Of a stretch of DNA of 64,000 nucleotides, positions 40,059 through 51,930 are shown in pieces. The notes beneath the pieces are model-generated. The model was not told where the DNA came from, did not search any database, and saw nothing but the letters and a program-made list of their open reading frames with translations. The DNA is taken from contig JBEDUI010000296.1 in the NCBI GenBank assembly GCA_040414495.1, forward strand, positions 4,847-68,846, read 5' to 3'. Numbering within the stretch: position 1 is the first letter of the stretch; each line of letters starts with the position of its first letter. A program made the translations under genes and the position numbers. The DNA is from Mycobacteriales bacterium. Lineage in GTDB: Bacteria; Actinomycetota; Actinomycetes; Mycobacteriales; QHCD01.

Positions 40059-41057
40059 CTAAGACGCGTCTGAGAATGCGGCCCGTGTCGCGGCGGCCGG
40101 TAGCTCCGGTACGACTTCGGCGGCTTCCGGCAGCGGCCCGCGGTCCCGGGTCGCGAAGAACAGCCGCGCGGTCGCGATCACCGCGAGCGCCGCCCCGAGC
40201 ATGTGGAATCCGACCAGAACGGCCGGTACGTGCGTGAAGTACTGGACGTACCCGATGACCGCCTGGAACACGATCACGCCGCCGAGCACGTATGCCCGTC
40301 GCACAACGGCGGCCGGCGCCCGGGTCGCCTTCAACCCGAAGATCAACGCGACCAGCAGGCCGACGTACAGGAAGACCAAGTCGGCGTGGAACTGGGTGAC
40401 CATCGTCGGATCCCAGCTCAGCCGGCGGGTATGCGGGTCGCCGGCGTGCGGGCCGGTCGCGGTGACCAGCGTGCCGACCGCTTCGACGGCGGCGACCACC
40501 ACGACCAGCAGCCGGATCCCGAGCTGGATCTCCCGCCGGACCACCCGTTGCGGCGGTTCGTCGCCCTCGGTGACCCGGGCGTACAGCCAGACCGCGATGT
40601 AACACAGCACCGGGGAGACCACGAAGTGCACCGCGACGGTGAGCGGGTTGAGCTTGTCCAGCACGGTGATGCCACCGAGCACCGCCTGCACCACGATTCC
40701 GGCCGGCAGTAGCCAGGCGACCGCGAGCACGCGCGGCCGGCGCGGCCGCAGCCGCCAGGCCCCCAGGACGCAGGTGACGGCGGCGGCGAAGACGAGGAAC
40801 GTCAGCAGCCGGTTGCTGAACTCGATGGTCTGGTGCACCGGGCCGTGCGTGTTGTTGCCGCCGGGCAGCAGCCGGCCGTCGGTGCACCGAGGCCAGTCGG
40901 GGCAACCCAGCCCGGAGTTGGAGAGCCGCACCGCGCCGCCGGTCACGATGATGCCGGCGTTGGTGATGATCGCGCCGAGGGCCAGCCGGCGCATCAGTCG
41001 CGGGCTGGTCGGGGTGTCACGGAGGCGTTGGTACGCCGCACGGAGGCGGTCGAGCAC
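40059..41057 (-). CDS. ctaA: heme A synthase (COX15/CtaA)
   Basis: ..[33 protein letters not shown]..; polytopic with conserved His residues. Confidence 0.85.
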   Translation of the reverse strand: MLDRLRAAYQRLRDTPTSPRLMRRLALGAIITNAGIIVTGGAVRLSNSGLGCPDWPRCTDGRLLPGGNNTHGPVHQTIEFSNRLLTFLVFAAAVTCVLGAWRLRPRRPRVLAVAWLLPAGIVVQAVLGGITVLDKLNPLTVAVHFVVSPVLCYIAVWLYARVTEGDEPPQRVVRREIQLGIRLLVVVVAAVEAVGTLVTATGPHAGDPHTRRLSWDPTMVTQFHADLVFLYVGLLVALIFGLKATRAPAAVVRRAYVLGGVIVFQAVIGYVQYFTHVPAVLVGFHMLGAALAVIATARLFFATRDRGPLPEAAEVVPELPAAATRAAFSDAS

Positions 41058-41094
41058 GCCATGATGGTAGGTCTTCGCGATCGCGCGGCTGGCG

Positions 41095-41514
41095 TCAGGT
41101 ACGGCGTAACCGGCTGTGGATCTCCTGGTCCTTGGCCGGACCGGTGACCCACCAGGTCACCCGCATCCGGGTGCGCGTGGCGCGGACCAGACCGCGGTAT
41201 AGATCAGCCCCGCACGGATGGTGCACTTCAACGCCCGGCCGCCAGGGGTGGAACGGCCGGCCGTCGGCGAATGTCATCTGCCAGCCCTCGGCTCCCGGCT
41301 GCAGCAGCAGCCGCCGGCTGGCCGGGAGTTCCCGTCCGTCCCAGCGCAGCGTTCCCGACTCGGCCCACTCCAGACCATCGCCCGCGGTGGTGATCAGCAG
41401 CTCGCCGTGGAAGCAGCCGGATTCGCCCCGGGCGTGATCGATGAGCCGGCGGTCCAACTGCCAGCGTCCGGCCAACGGCCGCGGATCGGCAGTCAGGTCC
41501 ACAACGCTGGTCAT
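41095..41514 (-). CDS. uncharacterised protein, DUF6314-like; third gene of the vapBC cassette
   Basis: 139 aa with very high GC3. ATG 41514 overlaps the vapC stop (ATGA). ..GRWQLDRRLIDH..GCFHGEL..WAESGTLRW..FADGRPFHPW..HHPCGADLYRG..WWVTGPAKD.. Family name is from memory and needs confirmation. Confidence 0.55.
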   Translation of the reverse strand: MTSVVDLTADPRPLAGRWQLDRRLIDHARGESGCFHGELLITTAGDGLEWAESGTLRWDGRELPASRRLLLQPGAEGWQMTFADGRPFHPWRPGVEVHHPCGADLYRGLVRATRTRMRVTWWVTGPAKDQEIHSRLRRT

Positions 41515-41951
41515 GGCGCGGCCGGGACGGTCGGGTTGATCCAGGTCAGTTCGGTGAATCGAGCGAAATCGCTGTCGGCCGAGCACATCTGTAATCCGTG
41601 CTCGATCGCGAGCGCTGCGAGGTGGGCGTCGCTGATGAGATTTCCGCGCAAGTGATACGTGGTGATCAATCGACCAAGGATCGACGCATGGCCCGGCCCC
41701 TCGCGTGGGATCCACACGATTTCGGGTGCGAGCCAGGGTTCGACGAAGCGGCTCGCGTCGCTTGGCGACAGCGGCCGCAGCGAGGCACGTTCATGAGTGC
41801 TAATGCGAAGGAACGCGACCAACGACTGCCACGGAATGCCAATCCGGCGAGGTCCATTGAGCGCCTCGGTGAGCCACTGCGCAGTCCGCTCGTGAAATGG
41901 ACTCGACTCGTCTGCTGCGTACAGGAGGATGTTGGCGTCGATCGGCATCAT
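41511..41951 (-). CDS. vapC: type II toxin VapC (PIN-domain ribonuclease)
   Basis: MMPIDANILLYAADE.. (Asp5), ..ISDAHLAALAIEHG.., ..CSADSDFARF.. acidic PIN residues. Confidence 0.85.
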   Translation of the reverse strand: MMPIDANILLYAADESSPFHERTAQWLTEALNGPRRIGIPWQSLVAFLRISTHERASLRPLSPSDASRFVEPWLAPEIVWIPREGPGHASILGRLITTYHLRGNLISDAHLAALAIEHGLQMCSADSDFARFTELTWINPTVPAAP

Positions 41952-42178
41952 CGGGCGTGCGGTCCGTCGAGACTTTCCGTCGCATCGGCGACATTGCTGG
42001 CGTCGATCCGTAGCCCGAGATCAACGCTGCGTTGGCGGAATGCGTGTCGTTTCGGGGCTGCTGCGAGTCCGGCGCGCACCAGCTCGTTGATCGCCTCCCC
42101 GGGGCCAATGTTGCGTTCCTCGCAAAGGTGCTGGACCGCGGCGGCTACGTCGTCGTCCAAAGTCACGGTCGTACGCAT
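41948..42178 (-). CDS. vapB: type II antitoxin VapB (ribbon-helix-helix)
   Basis: MRTTVTLDDDVAAAVQHL..GEAINELVRAGL.. ATGA overlap with the vapC start. ATG 42178 chosen within track ORF 41948..42613. Confidence 0.75.
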   Translation of the reverse strand: MRTTVTLDDDVAAAVQHLCEERNIGPGEAINELVRAGLAAAPKRHAFRQRSVDLGLRIDASNVADATESLDGPHAR

Positions 42179-42258
42179 GTGCGCCACGCTAGCGTCACGA
42201 TGCATCAGGCTGAGGTCCATGCCAGGTAAAGGTTGGCGTCCCGCCCGGCGGCTGGTTG

Positions 42259-43059
42259 TTACTCCCAGCGGAAGTAGCGCGCGGCCAGAGCCAGCCCGAT
42301 CACAGCCCACACCAACAGCGTGAGCGTGTCGTGCAGGTTCAGCCCGGCGCCGTCCCGTAACACCGACCGCAGCCCATGCGCCAGCGCGGAGGTCGGCAGC
42401 AGACCCAGCACCGTACGGGCGCCGGTCGGGAACGAGGAGAGCGGGAAGATCACGTCGCCGAGGAACAACAGCACGAACCACACCACATTCGCCCCGGCCA
42501 AGGTCGCCTCGGCCCGCAGCGTCCCGGCCATCAACAGACCCAGCCCCGAGAACGCGGCCGTACCCAGAATCACGTACAGCACGACCGCGCCGGGGTTGCC
42601 GTGCGGATTCCACCCGACCCCGACGCCGACCAGACAGATCACCAGGATCTGAATCAGCTCCAGGCAGACCACCGCGCAGGTCTTGCCCAGCAACAGGATC
42701 GAGCGGGGGAGCGCGGTAACCCCGAGCCGTTTCAGCACGCCGTACTTGCGCTCGAACCCGGTCGCGATCGCCTGGCCGGTGAACGCGGCCGACATGATCG
42801 CCAACGCCAGCACGCCGGGTACGAAGAACCCGGCCCGGCCGCCGTGCACCCCGATCACCGGTTCGGTCACGAGCACGATCGTCAGCAGCACCGGGATGAT
42901 CAGGTTCAGCAGCAGCTGTTCGCCGTTGCGCAGGGTCAGCCGCAGCTCCATGGCCGTCTGGGCGGCGAGCATCCGTGGTGCCGGCGCGGCGCCGGGCCTG
43001 GGCGCCAACTCGCCCGTGCTCCAGGTCGCGCCCGACCGGGCCTGTAGTGGCGTGCTCAC
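42259..43059 (-). CDS. ABC-2 type transporter permease
   Basis: 266 aa, six predicted TM segments. 4-bp overlap with the upstream ATPase gene. Position equals Rv1457c. Confidence 0.8.
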   Translation of the reverse strand: MSTPLQARSGATWSTGELAPRPGAAPAPRMLAAQTAMELRLTLRNGEQLLLNLIIPVLLTIVLVTEPVIGVHGGRAGFFVPGVLALAIMSAAFTGQAIATGFERKYGVLKRLGVTALPRSILLLGKTCAVVCLELIQILVICLVGVGVGWNPHGNPGAVVLYVILGTAAFSGLGLLMAGTLRAEATLAGANVVWFVLLFLGDVIFPLSSFPTGARTVLGLLPTSALAHGLRSVLRDGAGLNLHDTLTLLVWAVIGLALAARYFRWE

Positions 43060-44054
43060 GAGCGCAGCTCCCGACCGGTCAGCTCCAGAAATACGTCTTC
43101 AAGCGTGCGTCGCTGTACTCGCAGATCCTCCGCCAATACGCCCTGCGACGCACACCAGGCCGTGACGGTCGCCAGTAGCTGCGGGTCGATGACGCCTTCG
43201 ACGAGGTAGCTGCCGGAGTCCTCGCTGGCCCGTACGCCCGAGCCCAGCGTCGCGGTCAGGTCGGCCATGTCCAGTCCGGGTCGGGCCCGGAACCGCAGCT
43301 GTCCTTCGGCCCCGTTCTGGGTCAGCTCGGCCGGCGTACCCCGGGCCACACACCGGCCGTGATCGATGACCACGATCTGGTCGGCCAGGTACTCGGCCTC
43401 TTCCATGTAATGGGTGGTGAGTACGACCGTGACGCCGTCGTTCTTCAACGCGGTCACGATGTCCCAGGTGGCGTGCCGGGCCTGCGGGTCAAGGCCGGCC
43501 GTCGGCTCGTCCAGGAAGACCAGTTCCGGCCGGGCCACGATCGCCATCGCCAGCGACAGCCGCTGTTGTTGCCCGCCCGATAGTCGCCGGAACGGGGTAC
43601 GCACGACCTCGCGCAGGCCCAGTCGGTCCAGCAGCAGGTCGGGGTCGAGCGGGTCGCTGGCGTAGCTGGCCACCAGCCGCAGCATCTCGCCGGCCCGCGC
43701 GGCCTGGTACGCGCCGCCGCCCTGCAGCATCGCCCCGATCCGCGGGCGCAGCTCGCGGTGCTCGGTCGCCGGGTCGTACCCGAGTACCCGGACCGTGCCA
43801 CCGTCGGCGGTCCGGAACCCTTCGCAGACCTCGACGGTGGAGGTTTTGCCGGCGCCGTTGGGCCCGAGCAACGCCAGTACGCTCGCCCGTGGCACGTCCA
43901 GAGACAGCCGATCCACGGCGACGAGGTCGCCGTATCGCTTGACGAGATTGTCGATCTGCACCGCCGGCGCGTCAGATCGGGCGGCATCGGGCACGTGCTG
44001 AGGATAGGTCGCGGCCCGGCCGCACTCCGCGCGCGGGCTTGCTCTATGGACCAT
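43056..44054 (-). CDS. ABC transporter ATP-binding protein
   Basis: LLGPNGAGKTST (Walker A), LSGGQQQRLSLAMA (signature), LVFLDEPTAGLD (Walker B). The start codon may be downstream of 44054. Confidence 0.9.
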   Translation of the reverse strand: MVHRASPRAECGRAATYPQHVPDAARSDAPAVQIDNLVKRYGDLVAVDRLSLDVPRASVLALLGPNGAGKTSTVEVCEGFRTADGGTVRVLGYDPATEHRELRPRIGAMLQGGGAYQAARAGEMLRLVASYASDPLDPDLLLDRLGLREVVRTPFRRLSGGQQQRLSLAMAIVARPELVFLDEPTAGLDPQARHATWDIVTALKNDGVTVVLTTHYMEEAEYLADQIVVIDHGRCVARGTPAELTQNGAEGQLRFRARPGLDMADLTATLGSGVRASEDSGSYLVEGVIDPQLLATVTAWCASQGVLAEDLRVQRRTLEDVFLELTGRELRS

Positions 44055-44226
44055 CGCCCACCTAAAATCGCGCGTTCTTGTGCCCGGAAATCCCGGTCAA
44101 GTCCGACATCGCGCCCCAGCCGCTCCGCTGCCGGAGCTTGCGGTCGTAAAAGGCATCTGTGTCAGTGACCAGAGACACGCTGCGCCCTGGTTTGCTGGCG
44201 CCCACTAAAAACGACACAATGTTGTT

Positions 44227-44958
44227 GTGAAATTCGAGGCGATGACCGACGAGCCGGCTGAGTGCCGGACGCGCGAGTCTGTCGAACGCCTCCTGCTGGA
44301 GCGCGGACCTCAGACCGCCGCGGCGCTCGGCTCCCTGTTGGAGCTGAGCCCGGCCGGTGTGCGCCGACACCTGGACGCGCTCGTCGCCGAAGGTCTGGTC
44401 GCCGTGCACGACCGCCAACCGTTGGGGCACCGCGGCCGGGGTCGCCCGGCCAAGGTGTTCGCTTTGACCGAGGCGGGGCGGGAATCATTCCCGCACGCGT
44501 ACGACGACCTCGCCGTATCGGCGCTGAAGTTCCTCTCCGCCCGCGATGGCGAGGACGCGGTCCGCGCCTTCGCCGAGCACCGGGTCGCCGTCCTGGAGTC
44601 ACGGTTCCGGGAGCGGCTGGCCCCGGCGCGGACCCGGGAGGAGAAGGTCAAGGCGTTGGCCGACGCGCTCACCGCCGAGGGGTACGCTGCCTCGGCTGCC
44701 GCCGTGGGTAGCGGAGAGCAGCTGTGCCAGCACCACTGTCCGGTGGCCCACGTCGCGGCGGAGTTCCCGCAGCTGTGCGAGGCCGAGACCCGGGCCCTCG
44801 CGCGAGCACTGGGCACCCATGTCCAGCGGCTGGCGACCATCGCCCGCGGCGACGGCATGTGCACTACGCACGTACCGGCGGCCGTAAGCACCGAAGCTCG
44901 AAACGTACGTAACGCAACCGATAGCACCGCCCCCGAAGCCGGGAGGAAACTGGCATGA
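44227..44958 (+). CDS. sufR: Fe-S cluster assembly transcriptional regulator SufR
   Basis: N-terminal winged HTH (..[22 protein letters not shown]..) and C-terminal Cys triad (..[22 protein letters not shown]..). Precedes sufB with an ATGA overlap. Start is possibly ATG 44242. Confidence 0.85.
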   Translation: MKFEAMTDEPAECRTRESVERLLLERGPQTAAALGSLLELSPAGVRRHLDALVAEGLVAVHDRQPLGHRGRGRPAKVFALTEAGRESFPHAYDDLAVSALKFLSARDGEDAVRAFAEHRVAVLESRFRERLAPARTREEKVKALADALTAEGYAASAAAVGSGEQLCQHHCPVAHVAAEFPQLCEAETRALARALGTHVQRLATIARGDGMCTTHVPAAVSTEARNVRNATDSTAPEAGRKLA

Positions 44959-46394
44959 CCACCGCACCGGAGACACCGACCGAGGTCTTGACTCAGGACG
45001 AGCAGATCGAGGCGTTGTCCCACTACAAGTTCGGCTGGGCCGACTCCGATGTGGCCGGCGCCTCGGCCCGCCGCGGCCTGTCCGACGAGGTCGTTCGCGA
45101 CATCTCCGCGCGTAAGAACGAGCCGGAGTGGATGCTCGAACGCCGGTTGCGTGGCCTCAAGCTCTTCGGCAAGAAGCCGTTGCCGAACTGGGGTGCCGAC
45201 CTCACCGAGATCGACTTCGACACGATCAAGTACTTCGTCCGGTCCACCGAGAAGCAGGCCGAGTCCTGGGAGGACCTGCCGGAGGACATCAAGAACACAT
45301 ACGACAAGCTGGGCATCCCCGAGGCGGAGAAGCAGCGGCTGGTCGCCGGTGTCGCGGCGCAGTACGAGTCCGAGGTCGTCTACCACAAGATCCGCGAGGA
45401 TCTCGAGGAACAGGGCGTCATCTTCCTCGACACCGACACCGGTCTGAAGGAACACCCGGAGCTGTTCCGGGAGTACTTCGGCTCGGTGATTCCTGCCGGC
45501 GACAACAAGTTCGCCGCGCTGAACACCGCGGTGTGGAGCGGCGGCTCGTTCATCTACGTGCCGAAGGGCGTGCACGTCGAGATCCCGCTGCAGGCCTACT
45601 TCCGGATCAACACCGAGAACATGGGCCAGTTCGAGCGGACGCTGATCATCGTCGATGAGGGTGCTTACGTTCACTACGTCGAAGGCTGTACGGCGCCGAT
45701 CTACAAGACCGACTCGCTGCACTCGGCGGTGGTCGAGATCATCGTCAAGAAGAACGCCCGCTGCCGGTACACGACCATTCAGAACTGGTCGAACAACGTC
45801 TACAACCTCGTCACCAAGCGTGCGGTCGCGCACGAGGGCGCCACGATGGAGTGGATCGACGGCAACATCGGCTCCAAGGTGACGATGAAGTACCCGGCCG
45901 TGTGGATGCTGGGGGAGCACGCCAAGGGCGAGACGCTCTCCATCGCGTTCGCCGGTGAGGGCCAGCACCAGGACACCGGTTCGAAGATGGTGCACGTCGC
46001 GCCGCACACCTCCTCGACGATCGTGTCGAAATCGGTGGCGCGCAGCGGCGGCCGCGCATCCTACCGCGGCCTGGTCTTTGTCGAGCCCGGCGCACACGGG
46101 TCGAAGTCGACCGTGAAATGCGACGCGTTGCTGGTCGACACGATCAGCCGCTCGGACACCTACCCGTACAACGACATCCGTGAGGACGACGTGTCGATGG
46201 GACACGAGGCCACGGTGTCGAAGGTCAGCGAGGACCAGCTCTTCTATCTGATGAGCCGTGGGCTGACCGAGGACGAGGCGATGGCGATGATCGTGCGCGG
46301 CTTTGTCGAGCCGATCGCCCGTGAGTTGCCGATGGAGTACGCCCTCGAGCTCAACCGACTGATCGAGCTGCAGATGGAAGGAGCCGTCGGCTAA
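44955..46394 (+). CDS. sufB: Fe-S cluster assembly protein SufB
   Basis: 479 aa, typical SufB sequence (..[23 protein letters not shown]..). No intein-sized insertion. Confidence 0.95.
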   Translation: MTTAPETPTEVLTQDEQIEALSHYKFGWADSDVAGASARRGLSDEVVRDISARKNEPEWMLERRLRGLKLFGKKPLPNWGADLTEIDFDTIKYFVRSTEKQAESWEDLPEDIKNTYDKLGIPEAEKQRLVAGVAAQYESEVVYHKIREDLEEQGVIFLDTDTGLKEHPELFREYFGSVIPAGDNKFAALNTAVWSGGSFIYVPKGVHVEIPLQAYFRINTENMGQFERTLIIVDEGAYVHYVEGCTAPIYKTDSLHSAVVEIIVKKNARCRYTTIQNWSNNVYNLVTKRAVAHEGATMEWIDGNIGSKVTMKYPAVWMLGEHAKGETLSIAFAGEGQHQDTGSKMVHVAPHTSSTIVSKSVARSGGRASYRGLVFVEPGAHGSKSTVKCDALLVDTISRSDTYPYNDIREDDVSMGHEATVSKVSEDQLFYLMSRGLTEDEAMAMIVRGFVEPIARELPMEYALELNRLIELQMEGAVG

Positions 46395-46396
46395 CG

Positions 46397-47668
46397 ATGG
46401 CCAGTAGCGACAACGCTCCGCGTCCGGTGGAGCCGACCGAGAGCCGTGTCCGCGAAGAGGCGGCCGCTGAGCAGGCCGCGCTGGCGGCCCAGGTGCTCCG
46501 GCCCGACACCGGCGCGGGCCTGACCCCACCGGCGCACAGCCACGGCGGCCCGGTGCAACCCGGCGACGCCCGGCCCGAACGGCTGGTGTCCCGTGACCCC
46601 GACGCGTTCCCGGTTCCGACCGGGCGCGAGGAGGAGTGGCGGTTTACCCCGCTGCGGCGGGTGAACGTCCTGCTGCAGCCGTTGGAGACCGACGGCAAGG
46701 TGGTGGTCGAGGCGCAGGCCGCGCCCGATGTCACCGTGACCCACGTTCCTGGCGACGACGCCCTGGTCGGCAGCGTGCTCACCCCGGCCGACCGGGTCAG
46801 CGCGCTGGCGATGTCGGCGATCGAGCAGGCCGTGGTCGTCTCCGTACCGGCCGGTGCCACGTCGACCACGCCGACATTCCTGACCATCCGCGGTGAGGGC
46901 GGTACGGCCTACGGTCACCTGATCGTGGACGTCGCCGCGGGCGCGCAGGCCGTGTTGGTGGTCGACCACGTCGGCACCACGACCCTGGCCGCCAACACCG
47001 AGTTCCGGATCGGCGACAACGCCTCGCTGACCGTGGTCTCGTTGCAGGACTGGGACGACGACGCGATCCACATCGAGACACAGGCGGCCCGGCTCGGCCG
47101 CGACGCCCGGCTGAAGCACAGCGTGGTCACGCTCGGCGGCGGGGTCGTCCGGCTCACCCCGCGGGTGCACTTCGACGGTCCCGGCGGCGAGGTCGAGCTG
47201 CTCGGCCTGTACTTCACCGACGCCGGCCAGCACCAGGAGCACCGGCCGCTGATCGAGCACAGCGCCGACCACTGCCGCAGCCGCGTCACGTACAAAGGCG
47301 CGTTGCAGGGCGAAGGCGCCACCGCGGTCTGGATCGGCGACGTGGTCATCCCCGAGGGCAGCGCCGGCACCGACACGTACGAGCTGAACCGCAACCTGCT
47401 GCTGACCGACGGCGCCATCGCGCACTCGGTCCCCAACCTGGAGATCGAGACCGGCGATGTCACCCAGGCCGGCCACGCCAGCGCCAGCGGTCGGTTCGAC
47501 GACCTGCAGCTGTTCTACCTGATGGCCCGGGGAATCCCGGCCGATGTGGCCCGCAAGCTCGTGGTGCGCGGCTTCTTCGCCGAGGTGATCAACCGCATCG
47601 GCGTACCCGAGGTGGCCGAGCGGCTGACCTCGGCCGTCGAGGACGAGCTGGCCCAGGTGGGCGCCTGA
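46397..47668 (+). CDS. sufD: Fe-S cluster assembly protein SufD
   Basis: 423 aa. beta-helix SufBD-family C-terminus (..LQLFYLMARGIPADVARKLVVRGF..). Confidence 0.9.
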   Translation: MASSDNAPRPVEPTESRVREEAAAEQAALAAQVLRPDTGAGLTPPAHSHGGPVQPGDARPERLVSRDPDAFPVPTGREEEWRFTPLRRVNVLLQPLETDGKVVVEAQAAPDVTVTHVPGDDALVGSVLTPADRVSALAMSAIEQAVVVSVPAGATSTTPTFLTIRGEGGTAYGHLIVDVAAGAQAVLVVDHVGTTTLAANTEFRIGDNASLTVVSLQDWDDDAIHIETQAARLGRDARLKHSVVTLGGGVVRLTPRVHFDGPGGEVELLGLYFTDAGQHQEHRPLIEHSADHCRSRVTYKGALQGEGATAVWIGDVVIPEGSAGTDTYELNRNLLLTDGAIAHSVPNLEIETGDVTQAGHASASGRFDDLQLFYLMARGIPADVARKLVVRGFFAEVINRIGVPEVAERLTSAVEDELAQVGA

Positions 47669-47669
47669 G

Positions 47670-48002
47670 ATGAGTGAGTTCCAGCGAGCGTGCGCCGTGG
47701 CCGATGTCCCGGTCGATGGCGCGATGCACGTCGATATCGACGGCACCCCGATCGCGGTGGTCAATTCCGACGGGGAGTTCTACGCCATCTACGACGTGTG
47801 CTCGCACGCGGAGGTACCGCTGTCCGAGGGCGATGTCGACGGCGGCACGATCGAGTGCTGGCTGCACGGCTCGTGCTTCGACCTGGCCACGGGTAAACCG
47901 ACCGGTCTACCGGCCACCAGGCCGGTCCCGGTCTTCCCAGTGAAGATCGACGGCGATGCGCTCTACATCAGCCTGAACAATGGAATTTCCGAGGAGAATT
48001 GA
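47670..48002 (+). CDS. Rieske [2Fe-2S] ferredoxin-like protein (non-heme iron oxygenase ferredoxin subunit type)
   Basis: 110 aa with CSH-N17-CWLHG Rieske ligand motifs (..VCSHAEVPLSEG..IECWLHGSCF..). Confidence 0.85.
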   Translation: MSEFQRACAVADVPVDGAMHVDIDGTPIAVVNSDGEFYAIYDVCSHAEVPLSEGDVDGGTIECWLHGSCFDLATGKPTGLPATRPVPVFPVKIDGDALYISLNNGISEEN

Positions 48003-50211
<2,209 letters not shown>

Positions 50212-50245
50212 TGGGGGAACTGCGGCGAAGGAGCCTGGAGCCTAG

Positions 50246-50722
50246 ATGAAGCTCGAGTCGATGTACCAGGAGATCATCCTGGACCACTACAAGAACCCGC
50301 ACGGCCGCGGCCTGCGGGAGCCGTACGACGCCGAAGTGCACCACGTCAACCCGACCTGCGGGGACGAGGTGACGCTCAGGCTGAAGCTGGACGACGGCGT
50401 GGTCAAGGACGTCTCGTACGAGGGTCAGGGTTGCTCGATCAGCCAGGCCTCCGAGTCGGTGTTGACCGACCTGGTCGTCGGCAAGCCGTTGGACGACGCG
50501 CTGCAGATCGAGCAGGCATTCCTGGAGCTGATGCAGTCGAAGGGAGGAGAGCCGGACAGCCACACCAGCGATCTGCTCGAGGACGCGGTGGCGTTCGTCG
50601 GGGTCTCGAAGTACCCGGCCCGGATCAAGTGCGCGTTGCTCGGCTGGATGGCGTTCAAAGACGCGGCTGGTCAAGCGACCGGTGCCGGCGCTACCGAGGA
50701 AATCATGGGAGGCAGCCGATGA
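50246..50722 (+). CDS. sufU: SUF-system Fe-S scaffold SufU (NifU-like)
   Basis: ..LDHYKNPHGRG..NPTCGDEVTL..GQGCSISQAS..; C-terminal ..KCALLGW.. Confidence 0.9.
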   Translation: MKLESMYQEIILDHYKNPHGRGLREPYDAEVHHVNPTCGDEVTLRLKLDDGVVKDVSYEGQGCSISQASESVLTDLVVGKPLDDALQIEQAFLELMQSKGGEPDSHTSDLLEDAVAFVGVSKYPARIKCALLGWMAFKDAAGQATGAGATEEIMGGSR

Positions 50723-51081
50723 CCGAACAGTCGACAACCGGCGAGCAGGCGGTCTCGAAGGCCGCGATCGACGACATCGAAGAGGCCATGCGCGACGTGG
50801 TCGACCCCGAACTGGGGATCAACGTCGTCGACCTCGGTCTGGTGTACGGCATCACGGTCGACGACGACAACATCGCCACGCTGGACATGACGCTCACCTC
50901 GGCGGCGTGCCCGCTCACCGACGTGATCGAGGACCAGGCCAGTCAGGCGCTGACCGGCGGTCCGGGTGAGCCGCTGGTACGTGAGGTCCGGATCAACTGG
51001 GTCTGGATGCCGCCGTGGGGCCCGGACAAGATCACCGACGACGGCCGCGAGCAGCTACGCGCGCTCGGGTTCAACGTCTGA
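50719..51081 (+). CDS. sufT: metal-sulfur cluster assembly factor (DUF59/SufT)
   Basis: ..VVDPELGINVVDLGLVYG..LDMTLTSAACPLTD.. ATG 50719 overlaps the sufU stop. Confidence 0.85.
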   Translation: MTEQSTTGEQAVSKAAIDDIEEAMRDVVDPELGINVVDLGLVYGITVDDDNIATLDMTLTSAACPLTDVIEDQASQALTGGPGEPLVREVRINWVWMPPWGPDKITDDGREQLRALGFNV

Positions 51082-51111
51082 GGTGCCGCCTCTGATCGCT
51101 GGCCGCCGCTG

Positions 51112-51792
51112 ATGCCGGCCAGCAGACCCGCGGCCGGCGGTGGTCGCTGGGTTGAGGTCGGCCCGGAACGTATCGAGCGGTGGTTGGCCGGCTTTGACGA
51201 GCGGCACCAGGTGGTACGGACCGAGCCGGCGCAGTACGGCCTGCGCGTGGTCGGTGCGGATGGCTCGGTGGCCGAGTGTCACGTGCCGTTTCCGCCGTTG
51301 ACTGGTCGCATTGAAGGTGCCGGTCTGGTGACGGCCGGCTTGACCGAGCACCTGAGTACGAAGCGCCGGGTCGGTGTGCTGTTGGTACGGCTGGGTGGAT
51401 ACGCGGTGGGCGTCTTCGACGGGCCGTCACTCGCCGTGTCCAAAGTGGACAGTCGGTTGGTGCACGGGCGGGCGTCGGCCGGCGGTTGGTCGCAGAAGCG
51501 GTTCGCCCGGCGCCGTGAGGGACAGGTCCGGCAGGCAGGCGAAGCGGCCGCCGACGTGGCGGTCCGGATCTTGATCGGCACGGCCGGCGAGTCAGGCCGG
51601 TTAGATGCGGTGGTGACCGGCGGCGAGCGCAAAGCAGTCGGCGCGGTGCTGGCCGATGGCAGGCTCGCGGCGCTGCGGCCCCTGGTCGTCGAGCGGTTTC
51701 TCACCGTCCCCGATCCGAAGAAGGCGATTCTCGAGGCGTCGCCGGAGGCGTTCAACGCCGTGCATATCCGGATAATCGATGCGCCCGAATAA
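51112..51792 (+). CDS. acVLRF1-family (Vms1/ANKZF1-like) putative peptidyl-tRNA hydrolase
   Basis: 226 aa. ..VGVLLVRLGGYAVGVFDG..SKVDSRLVHGRASAGGWSQKRFARRREGQ.. resembles the VLRF1 catalytic loop (GG.SQ..F.RRRE). The call rests on motif memory. Confidence 0.7.
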   Translation: MPASRPAAGGGRWVEVGPERIERWLAGFDERHQVVRTEPAQYGLRVVGADGSVAECHVPFPPLTGRIEGAGLVTAGLTEHLSTKRRVGVLLVRLGGYAVGVFDGPSLAVSKVDSRLVHGRASAGGWSQKRFARRREGQVRQAGEAAADVAVRILIGTAGESGRLDAVVTGGERKAVGAVLADGRLAALRPLVVERFLTVPDPKKAILEASPEAFNAVHIRIIDAPE

Positions 51793-51878
51793 TCCGTTGT
51801 GTGGTGCGGAAACCGGGTCGAAATCATCCGTTGGCGACCCGTACACTGTTCGGCGTGACTCCACTGATGAGCTGATTT

Positions 51879-51899
51879 GGCCACGTTTCATCCGTGGCC
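51879..51899 (+). promoter_or_regulatory. 7-bp-stem hairpin in the ABC-F leader, 3 nt after a 6-codon uORF
   Basis: ggccacg-tttcatc-cgtggcc. The uORF GTG ACT CCA CTG ATG AGC TGA is at 51855-51875. Confidence 0.3.
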
Positions 51900-51930
51900 T
51901 GCCCCGACTCACCCGACAGCGAGCCCATCA

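Noticed and set aside
39349-40905. 518-aa ORF extending the response regulator upstream
   Set aside because: The receiver domain starts at VRILVADDD (GTG 40035). The extension is antisense or alternate-frame over ctaA and is compositionally Arg/Pro/Gly-rich.
44195-44226. Candidate SufR operator (gacacaatgttgttgtg) upstream of sufR
   Set aside because: Only a short ACAA-N2-TTGT inverted repeat is present. I cannot match it confidently to any published SufR box from memory.
44955-46394. Intein in SufB (as in M. tuberculosis)
   Set aside because: The protein is 479 aa with continuous SufB sequence and no insertion.
44310-46529. Long antisense or alternate-frame ORFs: 44310..46529 (-), 22507..24012 (+), 25109..26863 (+), 7470..8897 (-), 31694..33055 (-), 13056..14318 (-), 46391..47764 (-), 51928..53139 (-), 62547..63677 (+) and many shorter ones
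   Set aside because: Each overlaps a confidently identified gene on the other strand or frame. Each has Arg/Pro/Gly/Ala-dominated composition without recognisable motifs. These are typical shadow ORFs of about 70% GC DNA.
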